Notes: generated from the sequence alone by a model not told the origin. A DNA stretch of 64,000 nucleotides from Candidatus Eiseniibacteriota bacterium (GCA_038231135.1 JBBRLX010000001.1:128001-192000); one strand, 5' to 3'; numbered from the stretch's first letter, positions 9,408 to 20,530 are shown. Numbers and translations are program-made.

Positions 9408-10903
9408 CGCTCCGCACCGTGCTCGAGGAGCTGCGTGCCTCCGCAGTGCGCGGCAACCCCGACGTCGAGATCCGCGGCCTCGCGTACGATTCGCGCCGCG
9501 TGCGTCCCGGCGACCTGTTCTTCGCGCTCGCCGGCCAGCATGACGACGGACGCGCGTACGTGAGCCAGGCGCTGCTCGCGGGTGCCGCCGCCGTGGTCGA
9601 GCAGGGCGCCGCGGCCGCGGCGGAACACGCCGCGGGGGGCGGCGCCACGTTCGTCGAGGTGACGGAGCCGCGCGTCGCGCTGGCGCAGGCCGCGGCGCGG
9701 TTCCACGGCCATCCGGCGCGCGAGCTCGCCGTGGTCGGCGTCACGGGCACGAACGGCAAGACCACGACCACGTGGCTGATGCACGCGATCTTCGCCGCGG
9801 CCGGCGTGCCCGCCGGGTTGATCGGCACCACGGGCGTGCGGTTCGGCTTCGAGATCCGCGGCTCCGCGTTCACCACCCCCGAGGCGCCGGAGCTGCAGGG
9901 GCTGCTGCGCGAGATGGTGGAGCGCGGCCTGCGCGGCGTCGCGCTCGAGCTCAGCAGCCATGCGCTGGTCCAGCGCCGCTGCTTCGGGCTCGCCCCCGAC
10001 GTCGCGATCTTCACGAACCTGAGCCACGACCACCTCGACTTCCACGGCACGCTGGACCGCTACCTCGACGCCAAGCTGATGCTGTTCGACGGCCGCAACG
10101 ACCCCGGCCGTGCGAAGCCCGGGGCGGCGGTGATCAATCTCGACGACGCGGTGTTCCCGCAGGTGCGCGCGGCCGCCGAGCGCGGCGGGTTCGCGATCAC
10201 GACCTACGGCGCCGGCGCCGGCGCCACGCTGGAGGTCCGCGGCGTCACGCCGGGCTCCGCCGGCCTCGGGTTCGAGCTGGCGGAGCGCGGCCGCACGGTG
10301 CGGGTCGCGCTCCCGCTGCTCGGCCGCTACAACGCGTGGAACGCCGCGGCCGCCTATGGCGCGGCGCGCGCGCTCGGCATCGCGCCCGAGGAGTGCCGCC
10401 GCGGCCTCGAAGGCGCGACCGGCGTGCCGGGGCGGCTCGAGCGCATCGACCTGGGCCAGCCGTTTGCCGTGATCGTGGACTACGCCCACACCCCCGACGC
10501 GCTGGCGCGCGCGCTCGCCGCCATGCGCGAGCACTGCCACGGCCGGGTGCTGCTGGTGTTCGGCTGCGGCGGCGATCGCGATCGCGCGAAGCGGCCGGTG
10601 ATGGGGCGCGTGGCGGCCGCGGGTGCCGACCGGGCGTGGGTCACGAACGACAATCCGCGCAGCGAGGATCCCGCAACGATCGCCGCGGACATCCGCGCCG
10701 GCGATGCCACCGGCCGGCTCGAGACCGAGCTGGACCGGCGCGCCGCGATCGCGGCGGCGCTCGCCGCCGCCGGGCCGGGCGACGGGGTGCTGATCGCGGG
10801 CAAGGGTCATGAGACCACGCAGACGATCGGCGACCGCGTGCTGGCGTTCGACGACCGCGAGGTCGCGCGCGAACTGCTGGCGGCGGGAGGGCCCGCGTGG
10901 TGA
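9404..10903 (+). CDS. murE: UDP-MurNAc-dipeptide--DAP ligase MurE
   Basis: 'GVTGTNGKTTT', 'DYAHTPDAL', 'DNPR' (meso-DAP type), 'AGKGHE'. Confidence 0.95.
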   Translation: MTLRTVLEELRASAVRGNPDVEIRGLAYDSRRVRPGDLFFALAGQHDDGRAYVSQALLAGAAAVVEQGAAAAAEHAAGGGATFVEVTEPRVALAQAAARFHGHPARELAVVGVTGTNGKTTTTWLMHAIFAAAGVPAGLIGTTGVRFGFEIRGSAFTTPEAPELQGLLREMVERGLRGVALELSSHALVQRRCFGLAPDVAIFTNLSHDHLDFHGTLDRYLDAKLMLFDGRNDPGRAKPGAAVINLDDAVFPQVRAAAERGGFAITTYGAGAGATLEVRGVTPGSAGLGFELAERGRTVRVALPLLGRYNAWNAAAAYGAARALGIAPEECRRGLEGATGVPGRLERIDLGQPFAVIVDYAHTPDALARALAAMREHCHGRVLLVFGCGGDRDRAKRPVMGRVAAAGADRAWVTNDNPRSEDPATIAADIRAGDATGRLETELDRRAAIAAALAAAGPGDGVLIAGKGHETTQTIGDRVLAFDDREVARELLAAGGPAW

Positions 10904-12309
10904 CGGCCGCCGCCGGCTCGCCGGCACGCACGACGCTGACGATCGAGGACGCCGCGAGCCTGGCGGGCGCCACCTTGCGGGTGCCGCCCGGCGCCGCCGG
11001 CGGCACCCGGTGGTTCGGCGCCGCGATCGACTCGCGCACGCTCGAACCGGGCCAGCTGTTCGTGCCGCTGCCCGGTTCGCGCGCCGACGGCCACACGTTC
11101 CTCGCCGCGGCGTTCGCGCGCGGCGCCGCGGCGGCGCTGTGCGACCCGGTCCACTACGCGGCGCTCGCGGGGCGCGAGCCGGGCCCGCTGCTGGTGGTGG
11201 ACGACGTCACGCGCGGGCTCCAGAACCTGGCGCGCGGCTGGCGCGAGCGCTGGCACGGCACGCTGGCGGGCGTCACCGGCAGCGCCGGCAAGACCACGAC
11301 CAAGAACCTGGTGGCGGGCGTGCTGTCGACGCTGGCGCCCACGCATCGCACCGCCGGCAATCTCAACAATCACTGGGGCGTGCCGCTCACGCTGCTCGGG
11401 CTCGAGCCGCGCCACGGCTACGCGGTCGTCGAGCTGGGCATGAGTCATCCCGGCGAGATCGCGGAGCTGGCGGCCCTCGCGTCGCCGTCGATCGCCGTGA
11501 TCACGAATGCCGGCAGCGCCCATCTCGAACACTTCGGCAGCGTGGAGGCGATCGCGCACGAGAAGACCGCGCTCGCCCGCGCGGTGCCGGCCGCGGGGAC
11601 CGTGGTCGCCGGCGCCGACTCGAAGGCGCTGATCGCGGCGCTTGCCGGGGTGCGCGCGCGCATCGTGACGTTCGGGTTCGCGGCCGCCGCCGACGTGCGG
11701 CCGGCCGCGATCGAGGATCTGGGCGCACGGGGCAGCCGGATCGACGTGGATGGATTCCCCACGTTCACCCTTCCGCTCGTTGGGCGCCATCAGATCCAGA
11801 ACGCGCTCGCGGCGCTCGCCGTCGCGCGCGTGGCCGGCTGCGATCCCGCCGCCGTCGCGCGGGAGCTGGAGCAGGCGACCGCGGATCATGGCCGCATGGA
11901 GGTGCGCGAGCTGCGCGGCGCGACGCTGCTCGTCGACTGCTACAACGCGAACCCCGAGTCCACGCGCGCGGCACTCGACACGCTCGCCCGCTGGCCCGGC
12001 GCCGCCCGCCGCATCGCCGTGCTGGGCGACATGCTCGAGCTGGGGGGCACGGCGGCGGCGCTGCATCGGGCAACCGGCGCCGCGGTGCGCGACGCCGAAC
12101 TGTGGGCGGTGGGCGCGTTTGCCGCCGACACGGCCGCGGGGGCGCAGGCCACGGGCATCGCGACGCGCACGTTCGCAGACAAGCCGGCGCTCGCGCGGGC
12201 GCTCGGGCCGGTGCTGGGACCGGGCGTGGTGGTGCTGATCAAGGCGTCGCGTGGCGCCGCGCTCGAGGACGTCGTCGCGGCGCTGGAACCCCCCGCGGGA
12301 GAGCGCTAG
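10897..12309 (+). CDS. murF: D-Ala-D-Ala adding enzyme MurF
   Basis: 'GVTGSAGKTTTK', 'GNLNNHWGVP', 'DCYNANPES', 'GDMLELG', 'KASRG'. Confidence 0.95.
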   Translation: MVTAAAGSPARTTLTIEDAASLAGATLRVPPGAAGGTRWFGAAIDSRTLEPGQLFVPLPGSRADGHTFLAAAFARGAAAALCDPVHYAALAGREPGPLLVVDDVTRGLQNLARGWRERWHGTLAGVTGSAGKTTTKNLVAGVLSTLAPTHRTAGNLNNHWGVPLTLLGLEPRHGYAVVELGMSHPGEIAELAALASPSIAVITNAGSAHLEHFGSVEAIAHEKTALARAVPAAGTVVAGADSKALIAALAGVRARIVTFGFAAAADVRPAAIEDLGARGSRIDVDGFPTFTLPLVGRHQIQNALAALAVARVAGCDPAAVARELEQATADHGRMEVRELRGATLLVDCYNANPESTRAALDTLARWPGAARRIAVLGDMLELGGTAAALHRATGAAVRDAELWAVGAFAADTAAGAQATGIATRTFADKPALARALGPVLGPGVVVLIKASRGAALEDVVAALEPPAGER

Positions 12310-12312
12310 GCC

Positions 12313-13404
12313 ATGTTCTACGAATGGGTGTTCCCGCTCCACACCGTGCCCGGATTGTCGGGATTGAACGTATTCCGCTACATCACGTTCCGGTCCGCCT
12401 ACGCGGCGATCACCGCGCTGATCCTGTGCTACGTGCTGGGGCCGCCGATGATCGACTGGCTCAGGCGGGTGAAGCTGGGGCAGAAGATCCGCCAGGAGGG
12501 CCCGCAGAGCCATCTCGCCAAGGCGGGCACGCCGACGATGGGCGGACTGCTGATCGTCACGGCGATCGTCGTTCCCACGCTGATGTGGGGCAACTTCCAT
12601 TCGCGCCCGATGTGGCTCGCGCTGCTCGCCACGGTTTGGCTCGGGGCGCTCGGGTTCCTCGACGACTGGCTGCGCGTGGTCAAAGGCTATCCGAAGGGGC
12701 TGCTGGGCCGCTACAAGCTCGCCGGCCAGATCGCGCTCGGCGCCCTGATCGGCATCATCCTCGTGCACTGGCCCGAGCCCGGGATGCCCGCCACCGCCAC
12801 CCACGTGCCGTTTCTGAAGTTCCGGGTGATCGACTTTGGCTGGCTGTTCATCCCGTTCGTGATCTTCATCATCACCGGCACCTCGAACGCCGTGAACCTC
12901 ACGGACGGGCTCGACGGCCTCGCGTCGGGGCTGGTCGCGATCGCGGCGCTCACGTTCGCGGGGCTGTGCTACGTCACCGGCCACGCGAAGTTCAGCGAAT
13001 ACCTCAACATCAGCCACCTGACGTACGGTGGCGAGCTCACGGTGTTCTGCTCGTCGGTGCTCGGTGCGTCGCTCGGGTTCCTCTGGTACAACTGCCATCC
13101 CGCCGACGTGTTCATGGGCGACACCGGCTCGCTCGCGCTCGGCGGCGCGCTCGGCACGGTGGCGGTGCTGATCAAGCGCGAATTCTGGCTGGCGCTGATC
13201 TGCGGCCTGTTCGTGGCCGAGGCGCTGTCGGTGATGATCCAGGTCGCGTCGTTCAAGCTGTGGGGCCGCCGCGTGTTCCGCATGTCGCCGCTGCACCATC
13301 ATTTCGAGCTGGGCGGCTGGCCCGAGTCGCGGGTGGTGCTGCGGTTCTACATCATCGGCGCGCTGCTCGCGCTGCTGTCGTTGTCGACGCTCAAACTGCA
13401 ATGA
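12313..13404 (+). CDS. mraY: Phospho-MurNAc-pentapeptide transferase MraY
   Basis: 'KAGTPTMGG', 'NAVNLTDGLDGLA', 'FMGDTGS', 'PLHHHFEL'. Confidence 0.97.
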   Translation: MFYEWVFPLHTVPGLSGLNVFRYITFRSAYAAITALILCYVLGPPMIDWLRRVKLGQKIRQEGPQSHLAKAGTPTMGGLLIVTAIVVPTLMWGNFHSRPMWLALLATVWLGALGFLDDWLRVVKGYPKGLLGRYKLAGQIALGALIGIILVHWPEPGMPATATHVPFLKFRVIDFGWLFIPFVIFIITGTSNAVNLTDGLDGLASGLVAIAALTFAGLCYVTGHAKFSEYLNISHLTYGGELTVFCSSVLGASLGFLWYNCHPADVFMGDTGSLALGGALGTVAVLIKREFWLALICGLFVAEALSVMIQVASFKLWGRRVFRMSPLHHHFELGGWPESRVVLRFYIIGALLALLSLSTLKLQ

Positions 13405-14780
13405 CGATCGACCTCAGGCATCCGCTGCCGGGCAACCGGCCGCTCGTCGTCGGGGCCGGGCGCTCGGGCCGCGCCGCCGCCCGGCTGCTCGCCCGGCATG
13501 GCCTCGACGTGCGGCTGTGCGATTCGCGCTCCGAGGCGGAGCTGGGCGATGCCATCGCGGCGCTGCGGTCACTCGGCGTCGACGTCCGCCCCGGCGCCGG
13601 CGAGCCGGCGCTGCTCGACGGCTGCGACGTCGTGATCTGGAGTCCCGGCATTCCGCTCACCCATCCCATCGCGGTGGCGGCGACCGCGGCGGGGATTCCG
13701 ATCCTGTCCGAGCTCGAACTGGGCTACCTCGCGTCGCAGGCGCCGCTCGTGTGCATCACCGGCACGAACGGCAAGAGCACCACCACCGATCTCGTGGGTG
13801 CCATGGTGCGGGCGACCGGCCGCGAAGTCGAGGTGTGCGGCAACATCGGCCGCGCGATCTGCGAGGTCGCCGAGACCGTGGGGCCGTCGGGACTGCTGGT
13901 GACCGAGGTGTCGTCGTTCCAGCTCGAGACCGTGTCGCGGCTCAAGCCGTTCATCGCGGCGTGGCTCAACCTGACGCCGGATCATCTCGACCGGCACGGC
14001 GACCTGAACGGCTACGGGGCGGTCAAGCAGCGGCTGTTCGCGCGCCAGGACGCCGACGACTACTCGGTGTGGAACGCCGACGACCCCGAGGTGATGCGCC
14101 GCCGCGCCGGCGCCGCCGAGTCGCTCGAGTTCTCCTCGGCCCGGCCCGTCGGCGCCGGCGCCTCCGTCGCGGACGGCACGATCGTGCTGGCATGGCGCGG
14201 CGGCCACGAGCGGCTGATGCCGGCCGCGGCTCTGAAGCTGATCGGCGCCCACAACCTGCAGAACGTGCTGGCGGCGCTCGCGATCACGCTGCCGCTCGAG
14301 ATCGCGCCGCCGACGCTGCGCGCCGTGCTGGCCGCCTACCCCGGGCTCGAGCACCGGCTCGAGCGCGTGGACGACGTGAACGGCGTGCGGTTCGTCAACG
14401 ATTCCAAGGCCACGAACCTGGCGTCGCTCGGGGTCGCGCTCCAGAGTTTCGACCGGCCGGTGGTGCTGATCGCCGGCGGGCGCGACAAGGGCCAGGACTT
14501 CACGCCGGCGCGCGACCTCGTGCGCGCGCGCGTGAAGTCATTGGTGCTGATCGGCGAGGGCGCGGACACGATCGCGCGCGCCTGGCCGGACGTGCCGGTG
14601 CGGCGCGCCGCCACGCTCGAGGCCGCCGTGCAGCTCGCGTACGCCGCGGCGCGGCCCGACGGCACGGTGCTGCTGTCGCCCGGCTGCGCGTCGTTCGACA
14701 TGTTCCGCGACTTCGAGCACCGGGGTCGTGAATTCAAGCTGCAGGTCCTGCGCCTCAAGCGCGAGGAGGCGTTGACGTGA
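13401..14780 (+). CDS. murD: D-glutamate ligase MurD
   Basis: 'ITGTNGKSTTT', 'EVSSFQLE', 'NDSKATN', 'LSPGCASFDMF'. Confidence 0.95.
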   Translation: MTIDLRHPLPGNRPLVVGAGRSGRAAARLLARHGLDVRLCDSRSEAELGDAIAALRSLGVDVRPGAGEPALLDGCDVVIWSPGIPLTHPIAVAATAAGIPILSELELGYLASQAPLVCITGTNGKSTTTDLVGAMVRATGREVEVCGNIGRAICEVAETVGPSGLLVTEVSSFQLETVSRLKPFIAAWLNLTPDHLDRHGDLNGYGAVKQRLFARQDADDYSVWNADDPEVMRRRAGAAESLEFSSARPVGAGASVADGTIVLAWRGGHERLMPAAALKLIGAHNLQNVLAALAITLPLEIAPPTLRAVLAAYPGLEHRLERVDDVNGVRFVNDSKATNLASLGVALQSFDRPVVLIAGGRDKGQDFTPARDLVRARVKSLVLIGEGADTIARAWPDVPVRRAATLEAAVQLAYAAARPDGTVLLSPGCASFDMFRDFEHRGREFKLQVLRLKREEALT

Positions 14781-15904
14781 GTCGGGGTGATCGCTGGCTG
14801 CTGGTGCTGCCGTTGATCCTCACCGCGGTGGGGCTGGTCATGGTGTATTCGTCGAGCGCGATCCTCGGGATCACGCACTTCCAGGATCCGGATCACTACC
14901 TGATGAAGCAGTTGTTCCGGGTGGCGCTCGGCCTCGGGGTATTCGCGGTGGTGTGCCTGAAGGCCGACCTGCGCGGCGTCGAGCGGTTCGCCCCGCGCAT
15001 CCTCGCCGTGGCCGTGGGAATGCTGGTCGTGGTGGTGGCGGCGGGCCACGTCGCCGGCGGCGCCATGCGCTGGATCCGGCTCGGCACCATGACGCTGCAG
15101 CCCACCGACTTCGCGCGGCTGGCGGCGGTCGTGTTCCTGGCGTGGTGGCTCAAGCGGCGGCCGCCGCGCGAGCTCGGGTTCCTGCGCGGCCTGCTGCCGC
15201 CGCTCGCGATCGTTGGGGCGCTGGCCGGGTTGATCCTGAAGCAGCCCAATCTCAGCAGCGCCGCCCTGCTCGGAATCACCGGATTCACGCTGATCTTCCT
15301 GTCCGAGGCACCGCTGCTGCATCTCGCGGTGCCGGTGGGCGCCGGCCTGGCGGGCGCGGTGATTGCGATCCAGACGCATCCCTATATGATGGAGCGCGTC
15401 GCGACGTTCCAGCGCTTCGCCATGGGGGGCGGTCTCGACAGCCGTGGCACCGGGTGGCAGCTCGACCAGTCGCTGATCGCGATCGGTTCCGGGGGCTGGC
15501 TCGGCCGCGGACTGGGCGCGGGGCACCAGAAGTTCCTGTTCCTGCCCGAGGCGCACACCGATTTCATCTTTTCCATTTTGGCCGAGGAGTTGGGGTTTCT
15601 GGGTTCGTCCGTGCTGATCGTGCTGTTCGCGCTCCTGGTGTGGCGCGGCCTGCGGGTGACCGCGCGGGCCGCGGATCCGTTCCATTTCCTGCTGGCGGCG
15701 GGCCTCACGCTCCAGCTCGGCCTGTACGCGATCGTCAATCTCGCGGTGGCCACCGGAGTCGCGCCCACCACGGGTCTGCCGCTGCCGTTCGTCTCGTACG
15801 GCGGCTCGGCGCTGCTCGTGAACCTCGCCGCGGCCGGACTGCTGTATCGCATCAGCGTGGTGAACGGGGCCGGTGAAGCGGTCGCGCGCCAGCGCTGGAC
15901 CTAG
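14777..15904 (+). CDS. ftsW: SEDS peptidoglycan polymerase FtsW
   Basis: 'GAMRWIRLG', 'LPEAHTDFIFS', 'PTTGLPLPFVSYGGS'. Confidence 0.93.
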   Translation: MSRGDRWLLVLPLILTAVGLVMVYSSSAILGITHFQDPDHYLMKQLFRVALGLGVFAVVCLKADLRGVERFAPRILAVAVGMLVVVVAAGHVAGGAMRWIRLGTMTLQPTDFARLAAVVFLAWWLKRRPPRELGFLRGLLPPLAIVGALAGLILKQPNLSSAALLGITGFTLIFLSEAPLLHLAVPVGAGLAGAVIAIQTHPYMMERVATFQRFAMGGGLDSRGTGWQLDQSLIAIGSGGWLGRGLGAGHQKFLFLPEAHTDFIFSILAEELGFLGSSVLIVLFALLVWRGLRVTARAADPFHFLLAAGLTLQLGLYAIVNLAVATGVAPTTGLPLPFVSYGGSALLVNLAAAGLLYRISVVNGAGEAVARQRWT

Positions 15905-15912
15905 GAGGCGGC

Positions 15913-17049
15913 ATGAAGGTGTTGATCGCGGGCGGTGGCACCGGGGGACATGTGTTCCCGGGCATCGCCGTGGCCGAGGAGCTGCGACGGCTGCGTCCGG
16001 GTGCGGACGTGGTGTTCGTCGGCGGCAAGCGCGGGCTCGAGGCGGTGGCGGTGCCCGAAGCCGGGTTCCGCGTCCGGTTCATCCTGAGCCGCGGGTTCCC
16101 GCGCCGTCTGTGGTGGCGGTGGCCGTGGGCCGCGCTCGTGAACGCCGCCGGGTTCATCCAGGCGTTCTTCGTGCTGCTCACCGAGCGCCCCGACGTCGTG
16201 CTCGGCACCGGCGGCTACGCCAGCGTGTCGATCTCGGTCGCCGCGTGGCTGCTCGGCAAGCCGCTGCTGCTGCAGGAGCAGAACAGCATTCCCGGCCTGT
16301 CGAACCGGCTGTTGTCGCGCATCGCCGACGAGGTTCACCTGTCGTTCGTCGAGGCGCGGTCGTACTTCTCGCGCAAGGACCACCTCAAGGTCACCGGGAA
16401 TCCGGTGCGCGCCTACATCCTGAGCGGCGACCGCAATACCGCGATGCAGGAGTTCGGACTCACACCCGGCAAGCCGACGGTGTTCGTGTTCGGCGGTAGC
16501 CGCGGCGCCAAGCGCATCAATCAGGCGGCGATCGAGGCGATGCGGCTGCTGAAGGGCCGCGTCGACGTGCAGCTGATATTACAGACCGGCCGCGAGGACT
16601 ACGAGTGGGCGAAGGCCGAGGTCGAGAAGGACGCGCTGCCCGCACGGGTGATGCCGTTCCTGCGCCGCATCCACATGGCGTACGCGGCTGCCGATCTCGT
16701 GGTGTGCCGGTCGGGAGCCATGACGCTGGCGGAGATCGCGGTGTGCGGCACGCCCGCGATCCTCGTGCCGTACCCGTTCGCGGCGCACGACCACCAGGTC
16801 GTGAACGCCATGAACCTCGTGGACCGCGGCGCCGCGGCCATGATCCTCGACCGCGATCTCACCGGCGAGCGGCTCGCCCAGGAGATCGCCCACTGGCTGA
16901 GCGACCGGCAGGGCCTGTCTCGCATGTCGTCCAACGCCCGCACGTTCGCGCGGCCGGACGCCGCGGAGCGCCTGGTGAAGAGCCTCGAGCGCTGGTCGGT
17001 CGGCCGCAAGGCCGGACGCGAGAGCGCGGCGCAGGGCGGGGGTCGCTGA
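15913..17049 (+). CDS. murG: MurG GlcNAc transferase
   Basis: 'GGGTGGHVFPG', 'GGSRGA', 'RSGAMTLAE'. Confidence 0.96.
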   Translation: MKVLIAGGGTGGHVFPGIAVAEELRRLRPGADVVFVGGKRGLEAVAVPEAGFRVRFILSRGFPRRLWWRWPWAALVNAAGFIQAFFVLLTERPDVVLGTGGYASVSISVAAWLLGKPLLLQEQNSIPGLSNRLLSRIADEVHLSFVEARSYFSRKDHLKVTGNPVRAYILSGDRNTAMQEFGLTPGKPTVFVFGGSRGAKRINQAAIEAMRLLKGRVDVQLILQTGREDYEWAKAEVEKDALPARVMPFLRRIHMAYAAADLVVCRSGAMTLAEIAVCGTPAILVPYPFAAHDHQVVNAMNLVDRGAAAMILDRDLTGERLAQEIAHWLSDRQGLSRMSSNARTFARPDAAERLVKSLERWSVGRKAGRESAAQGGGR

Positions 17050-18434
17050 TGTACGGACGCACGCGCCGCCTGCACTTCATCGGCATCGGCGGCAGCGGCA
17101 TGTCCGGCATCGCGGAGGTGCTGCTCAACATGGGCTACCAGGTGTCCGGCAGCGATCTCAAGGCCACCGACGTCACCGAGCGGCTGGTCGAGTGCGGCGG
17201 CCGGGTGTTCATCGGGCACGCGGCGGCGAACGTCGAGGGGGCGCAGGTGGTCGTGTACTCGACCGCGGTGGGCGCGGACAATCCCGAACTGGTCGCGGCG
17301 ACGGCGGCCGGTGTGCCGGTGATCTCGCGCGCCGAGATGCTCGCGGAGCTGATGCGCATGAAGTACGGCATCGCGGTGGGCGGCTCGCACGGCAAGACCA
17401 CCACGACGTCGCTGATCGCCGTCGTGCTCGCACGCGGCGGGCTCGATCCCACGATCGTCGTCGGCGGCCGGCTGCACGCGTTCGGCTCGAACGCCCGGCT
17501 CGGCCACGGCCGGTTCCTGGTGGCGGAGGCGGACGAGAGCGACGGGTCGTTCCTGCGCCTGGCGCCCGCGGTGACCGTGATCACGAACATCGACCGCGAG
17601 CACCTCGACTACTACGCCGACATCGACGAGATCCGCCAGGCGTTCGTGTACTTCGCGAACCGCGCGCCGTTCTACGGCGCCGCGGTGCTGTGCGCGGACG
17701 ACCCCAACGTGCGCCAGATCCTGCCGCAGGTGACGAAGCGGACGCTGTTGTACGGCACGGCGCCGGATGCGGAGGTGCGCGCCGAGCAGATCGAGCTCAA
17801 GGGCCGGGGATCGCAATTCGCGGTGATGCAGCACGGCGCGCGGCTCGGCACGATCGAGCTGCGGCTGCCGGGCCGCCACAACGTGCTGAACGCGCTGGCG
17901 GCGATCACGGTGGGGCTCGAGCTGGAGGTCGGATTCGGCCACATCGCCGAGGCGCTCGCGGAGTTCAGCGGCGTCGGCCGGAGATTCGAGATCCGCGGCG
18001 AGGCGTCGGGGGTGCGGGTGGTGGACGACTACGGCCACCATCCGACCGAGGTGAAGGCGACGCTGGCCGCGGCGCGCGGCCTCGGCGGCCGGGTGCTGGT
18101 GCTGTTCCAGCCGCACCGCTACACGCGCACTGCCGCGCTGGTGCAGGAGTTCGCCGCGGCGTTCGAGGACGCCGACCAGGTGCAGGTGCTCGACATCTAC
18201 CCCGCGGGCGAGGCCCCGATCGAGGGCGTCACGTCGCGCATGCTCGTCGAGCGGGCCCACGCCGCGGGCCAGCGCCAGCTGTGCTACGCGGCCGACGGAC
18301 GCCGGGCGGCGGCGGCGATCGCCGCCGAGGCGCGCCCCGGCGACACGGTGCTGACGCTGGGCGCGGGCGACGTGTGGAAGCTCGGCGACGACGTGCTGGT
18401 TCACCTGCGCGCGGTGGTGGGAGGGCGGCGCTGA
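17049..18434 (+). CDS. murC: L-alanine ligase MurC
   Basis: 'HFIGIGGSGMSGIA', 'HGKTTTTS', 'EADESDGSF', 'DDYGHHPTE', 'FQPHRYTR'. Confidence 0.96.
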   Translation: MYGRTRRLHFIGIGGSGMSGIAEVLLNMGYQVSGSDLKATDVTERLVECGGRVFIGHAAANVEGAQVVVYSTAVGADNPELVAATAAGVPVISRAEMLAELMRMKYGIAVGGSHGKTTTTSLIAVVLARGGLDPTIVVGGRLHAFGSNARLGHGRFLVAEADESDGSFLRLAPAVTVITNIDREHLDYYADIDEIRQAFVYFANRAPFYGAAVLCADDPNVRQILPQVTKRTLLYGTAPDAEVRAEQIELKGRGSQFAVMQHGARLGTIELRLPGRHNVLNALAAITVGLELEVGFGHIAEALAEFSGVGRRFEIRGEASGVRVVDDYGHHPTEVKATLAAARGLGGRVLVLFQPHRYTRTAALVQEFAAAFEDADQVQVLDIYPAGEAPIEGVTSRMLVERAHAAGQRQLCYAADGRRAAAAIAAEARPGDTVLTLGAGDVWKLGDDVLVHLRAVVGGRR

Positions 18435-19264
18435 TGGGCCTCTACCAGGGACGCGCGATGCGGTCCGAGCCCAGGGTCCGCCGGTCCACGACGTTCGGCC
18501 GGCTGTGGCGCGTGCTCCACGTGCTGCTCGCGATCACGATCGTCGCCGGACTGCTGCAGCTGCCGTGGGACGCCTGGCGCCACCGGTTCGCGACGGTCAC
18601 CGACATCCGGGTCGAGGGCGCCGAGTACCTCGATCCGCAGCGCGTGGCGCAGCTCGCCGGGGTGAAGCCCGGCGACGACCTGTTCGAGCTCGACGTCGAC
18701 CGGCTGCGCCAGGAATTGCTGCTGCACGCGCGCATCGCGGATGCGAAGATCTCGCGGCGTGGTCTGCGCGGCGTCGACATCCGGATCGTCGAACGCCGTC
18801 CGGTGCTGCTGGTGTCGCACGGCGTGCCGTGGGAGCTCGATTCCACGGGCGTGCTGCTGGCGCCGTTCGCCGAGGGCGCCGTCGCCGACGTGCCGCTGCT
18901 GACGGGGGCCGCGTTCGATGGCTATCCCGAGGGCGCGCTGCTGCGCACCGTGCAGGTGCGGCGCGGCCTCGACTGGGTGCGGGCGCTGTCCGCGCGCGGG
19001 CTCCAGCTCGCCGGCCGGGTCTCGGAGATCGACGTGTCCGACGAGCGGTGCACGGCGCTGCTGCTGATGAACGGCACCCGGGTGCGGAGTCCCGCGTGGC
19101 CGCCCGAGACGCGCCGGCTGACGGCGTTGCGGGTGGTGCTCGCGGATCTCGAGAAGCGCGGCACCACGGCACAGGAAGTGGATTTGCGATTCGAGAATCA
19201 AGTGATCGTGAGACCGGTCCTGCCGGATCCATCGGCGGCGGCCAACGGAGCTCGGACGAGCTGA
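18434..19264 (+). CDS. ftsQ: Cell division protein FtsQ/DivIB
   Basis: TM plus POTRA-like region; C-terminal 'VDLRFENQVIVR'; precedes ftsA. Confidence 0.85.
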   Translation: MGLYQGRAMRSEPRVRRSTTFGRLWRVLHVLLAITIVAGLLQLPWDAWRHRFATVTDIRVEGAEYLDPQRVAQLAGVKPGDDLFELDVDRLRQELLLHARIADAKISRRGLRGVDIRIVERRPVLLVSHGVPWELDSTGVLLAPFAEGAVADVPLLTGAAFDGYPEGALLRTVQVRRGLDWVRALSARGLQLAGRVSEIDVSDERCTALLLMNGTRVRSPAWPPETRRLTALRVVLADLEKRGTTAQEVDLRFENQVIVRPVLPDPSAAANGARTS

Positions 19265-19282
19265 TCCGAAGGGAGTCGGAGC

Positions 19283-20530
19283 ATGGCACAGGGAACACGG
19301 ACGTTCGTCGGGCTCGACATCGGCACCACGAAGATCTCGTGCATCATCGCCGACATGCAGGGCGGGGGTGAGCTGCGCGTGGTCGGCATCGGCAACGCGC
19401 CTAGCGAGGGGCTGCGCCGCGGGGTCGTGGTCGACCTCGAGAAGACGGTCGGCAGCATCCAGCGCGCGGTGGACGAGGCGCAGCGCATGGCGGGCGTGCC
19501 GGTGAAGGGCGTGTACGCCGGCATCGCCGGCGATCACATCCGCAGCATCAACAGCCGCGGCGTGATCGCGGTGTCGCGCAAGGACAACGACATCGGCCAG
19601 GCCGACGTCGACCGCGTGGTCGAGGCCGCGAAGGCGGTGGCGATCCCGATGGACCGCGAGATCATCCACGTGATCCCGCAGGAGTTCATCGTCGACGACC
19701 AGAACGGCATCAAGGACCCGGTCGGCATGTGCGGCGTGCGGCTCGAGGCCGAGGTGCACATCATCACCGGCGCCGTGACCTCGGCCAAGAATATCTGCCG
19801 TTCGATCCAGCGCGCCGGCCTCAAGGTGCTGGACCTGGTGCTCGAGCCGTTGGCGTCGAGCCACGCGGTGCTGGCGCAGGACGAGCGCGACCTGGGCGTG
19901 GTGTTGCTCGACATCGGCGGCGGCACGACCGACGTCGCGGTGTTCTACGAGGGCTCGATCCGCCACACCGCGATCGTCCCCTACGGCGGTGCGAACGTCA
20001 CGAACGACATCGCGATCGGCTTGCGCACGCCGATCGACAAGGCGGAGCACATCAAGATCCAGCACGGATCCGCGCTGGCGTCGCTGGTGCGGGCTGAGGA
20101 CCACATCTCGGTGTCGGGAGTGGGCGGCCGCGCGGATCGCGAGATCTCGCGGCACGTGCTCGCCTCGATGATCGAGCCGCGCATGGAGGAGATCTTCGTG
20201 CTCGCGAACAAGGAGGTGCGGAAGAATCATTTCGCCGAGCTGCTGGGCGGCGGGGTGGTGCTCACCGGCGGTACGTCGCTGATGCCGGGGGTGACCGAGC
20301 TGGCCGAGCAGGTGCTCGAGATGCCGGTGCGCCTCGGCCGCCCGCACGGACTGGGCGGCCTGTCGGCGAACGTGGAGGATCCGCGGTTTTCGACCGGCGT
20401 GGGGCTGGTGCTGCACGCGGTCCAGCAGGAGCTGGGCGAGGGCAGCCGGGAGCGGCGGGTCGTCAGCAGCAGCTTCCACAAGCCGCCAAACCTCGCGCGG
20501 TGGTTCATGAACCTGATCTACCAGAACTGA
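19283..20530 (+). CDS. ftsA: Cell division protein FtsA
   Basis: 'GLDIGTTK', 'DIGGGTTD', 'VLTGGTS'. Confidence 0.96.
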   Translation: MAQGTRTFVGLDIGTTKISCIIADMQGGGELRVVGIGNAPSEGLRRGVVVDLEKTVGSIQRAVDEAQRMAGVPVKGVYAGIAGDHIRSINSRGVIAVSRKDNDIGQADVDRVVEAAKAVAIPMDREIIHVIPQEFIVDDQNGIKDPVGMCGVRLEAEVHIITGAVTSAKNICRSIQRAGLKVLDLVLEPLASSHAVLAQDERDLGVVLLDIGGGTTDVAVFYEGSIRHTAIVPYGGANVTNDIAIGLRTPIDKAEHIKIQHGSALASLVRAEDHISVSGVGGRADREISRHVLASMIEPRMEEIFVLANKEVRKNHFAELLGGGVVLTGGTSLMPGVTELAEQVLEMPVRLGRPHGLGGLSANVEDPRFSTGVGLVLHAVQQELGEGSRERRVVSSSFHKPPNLARWFMNLIYQN

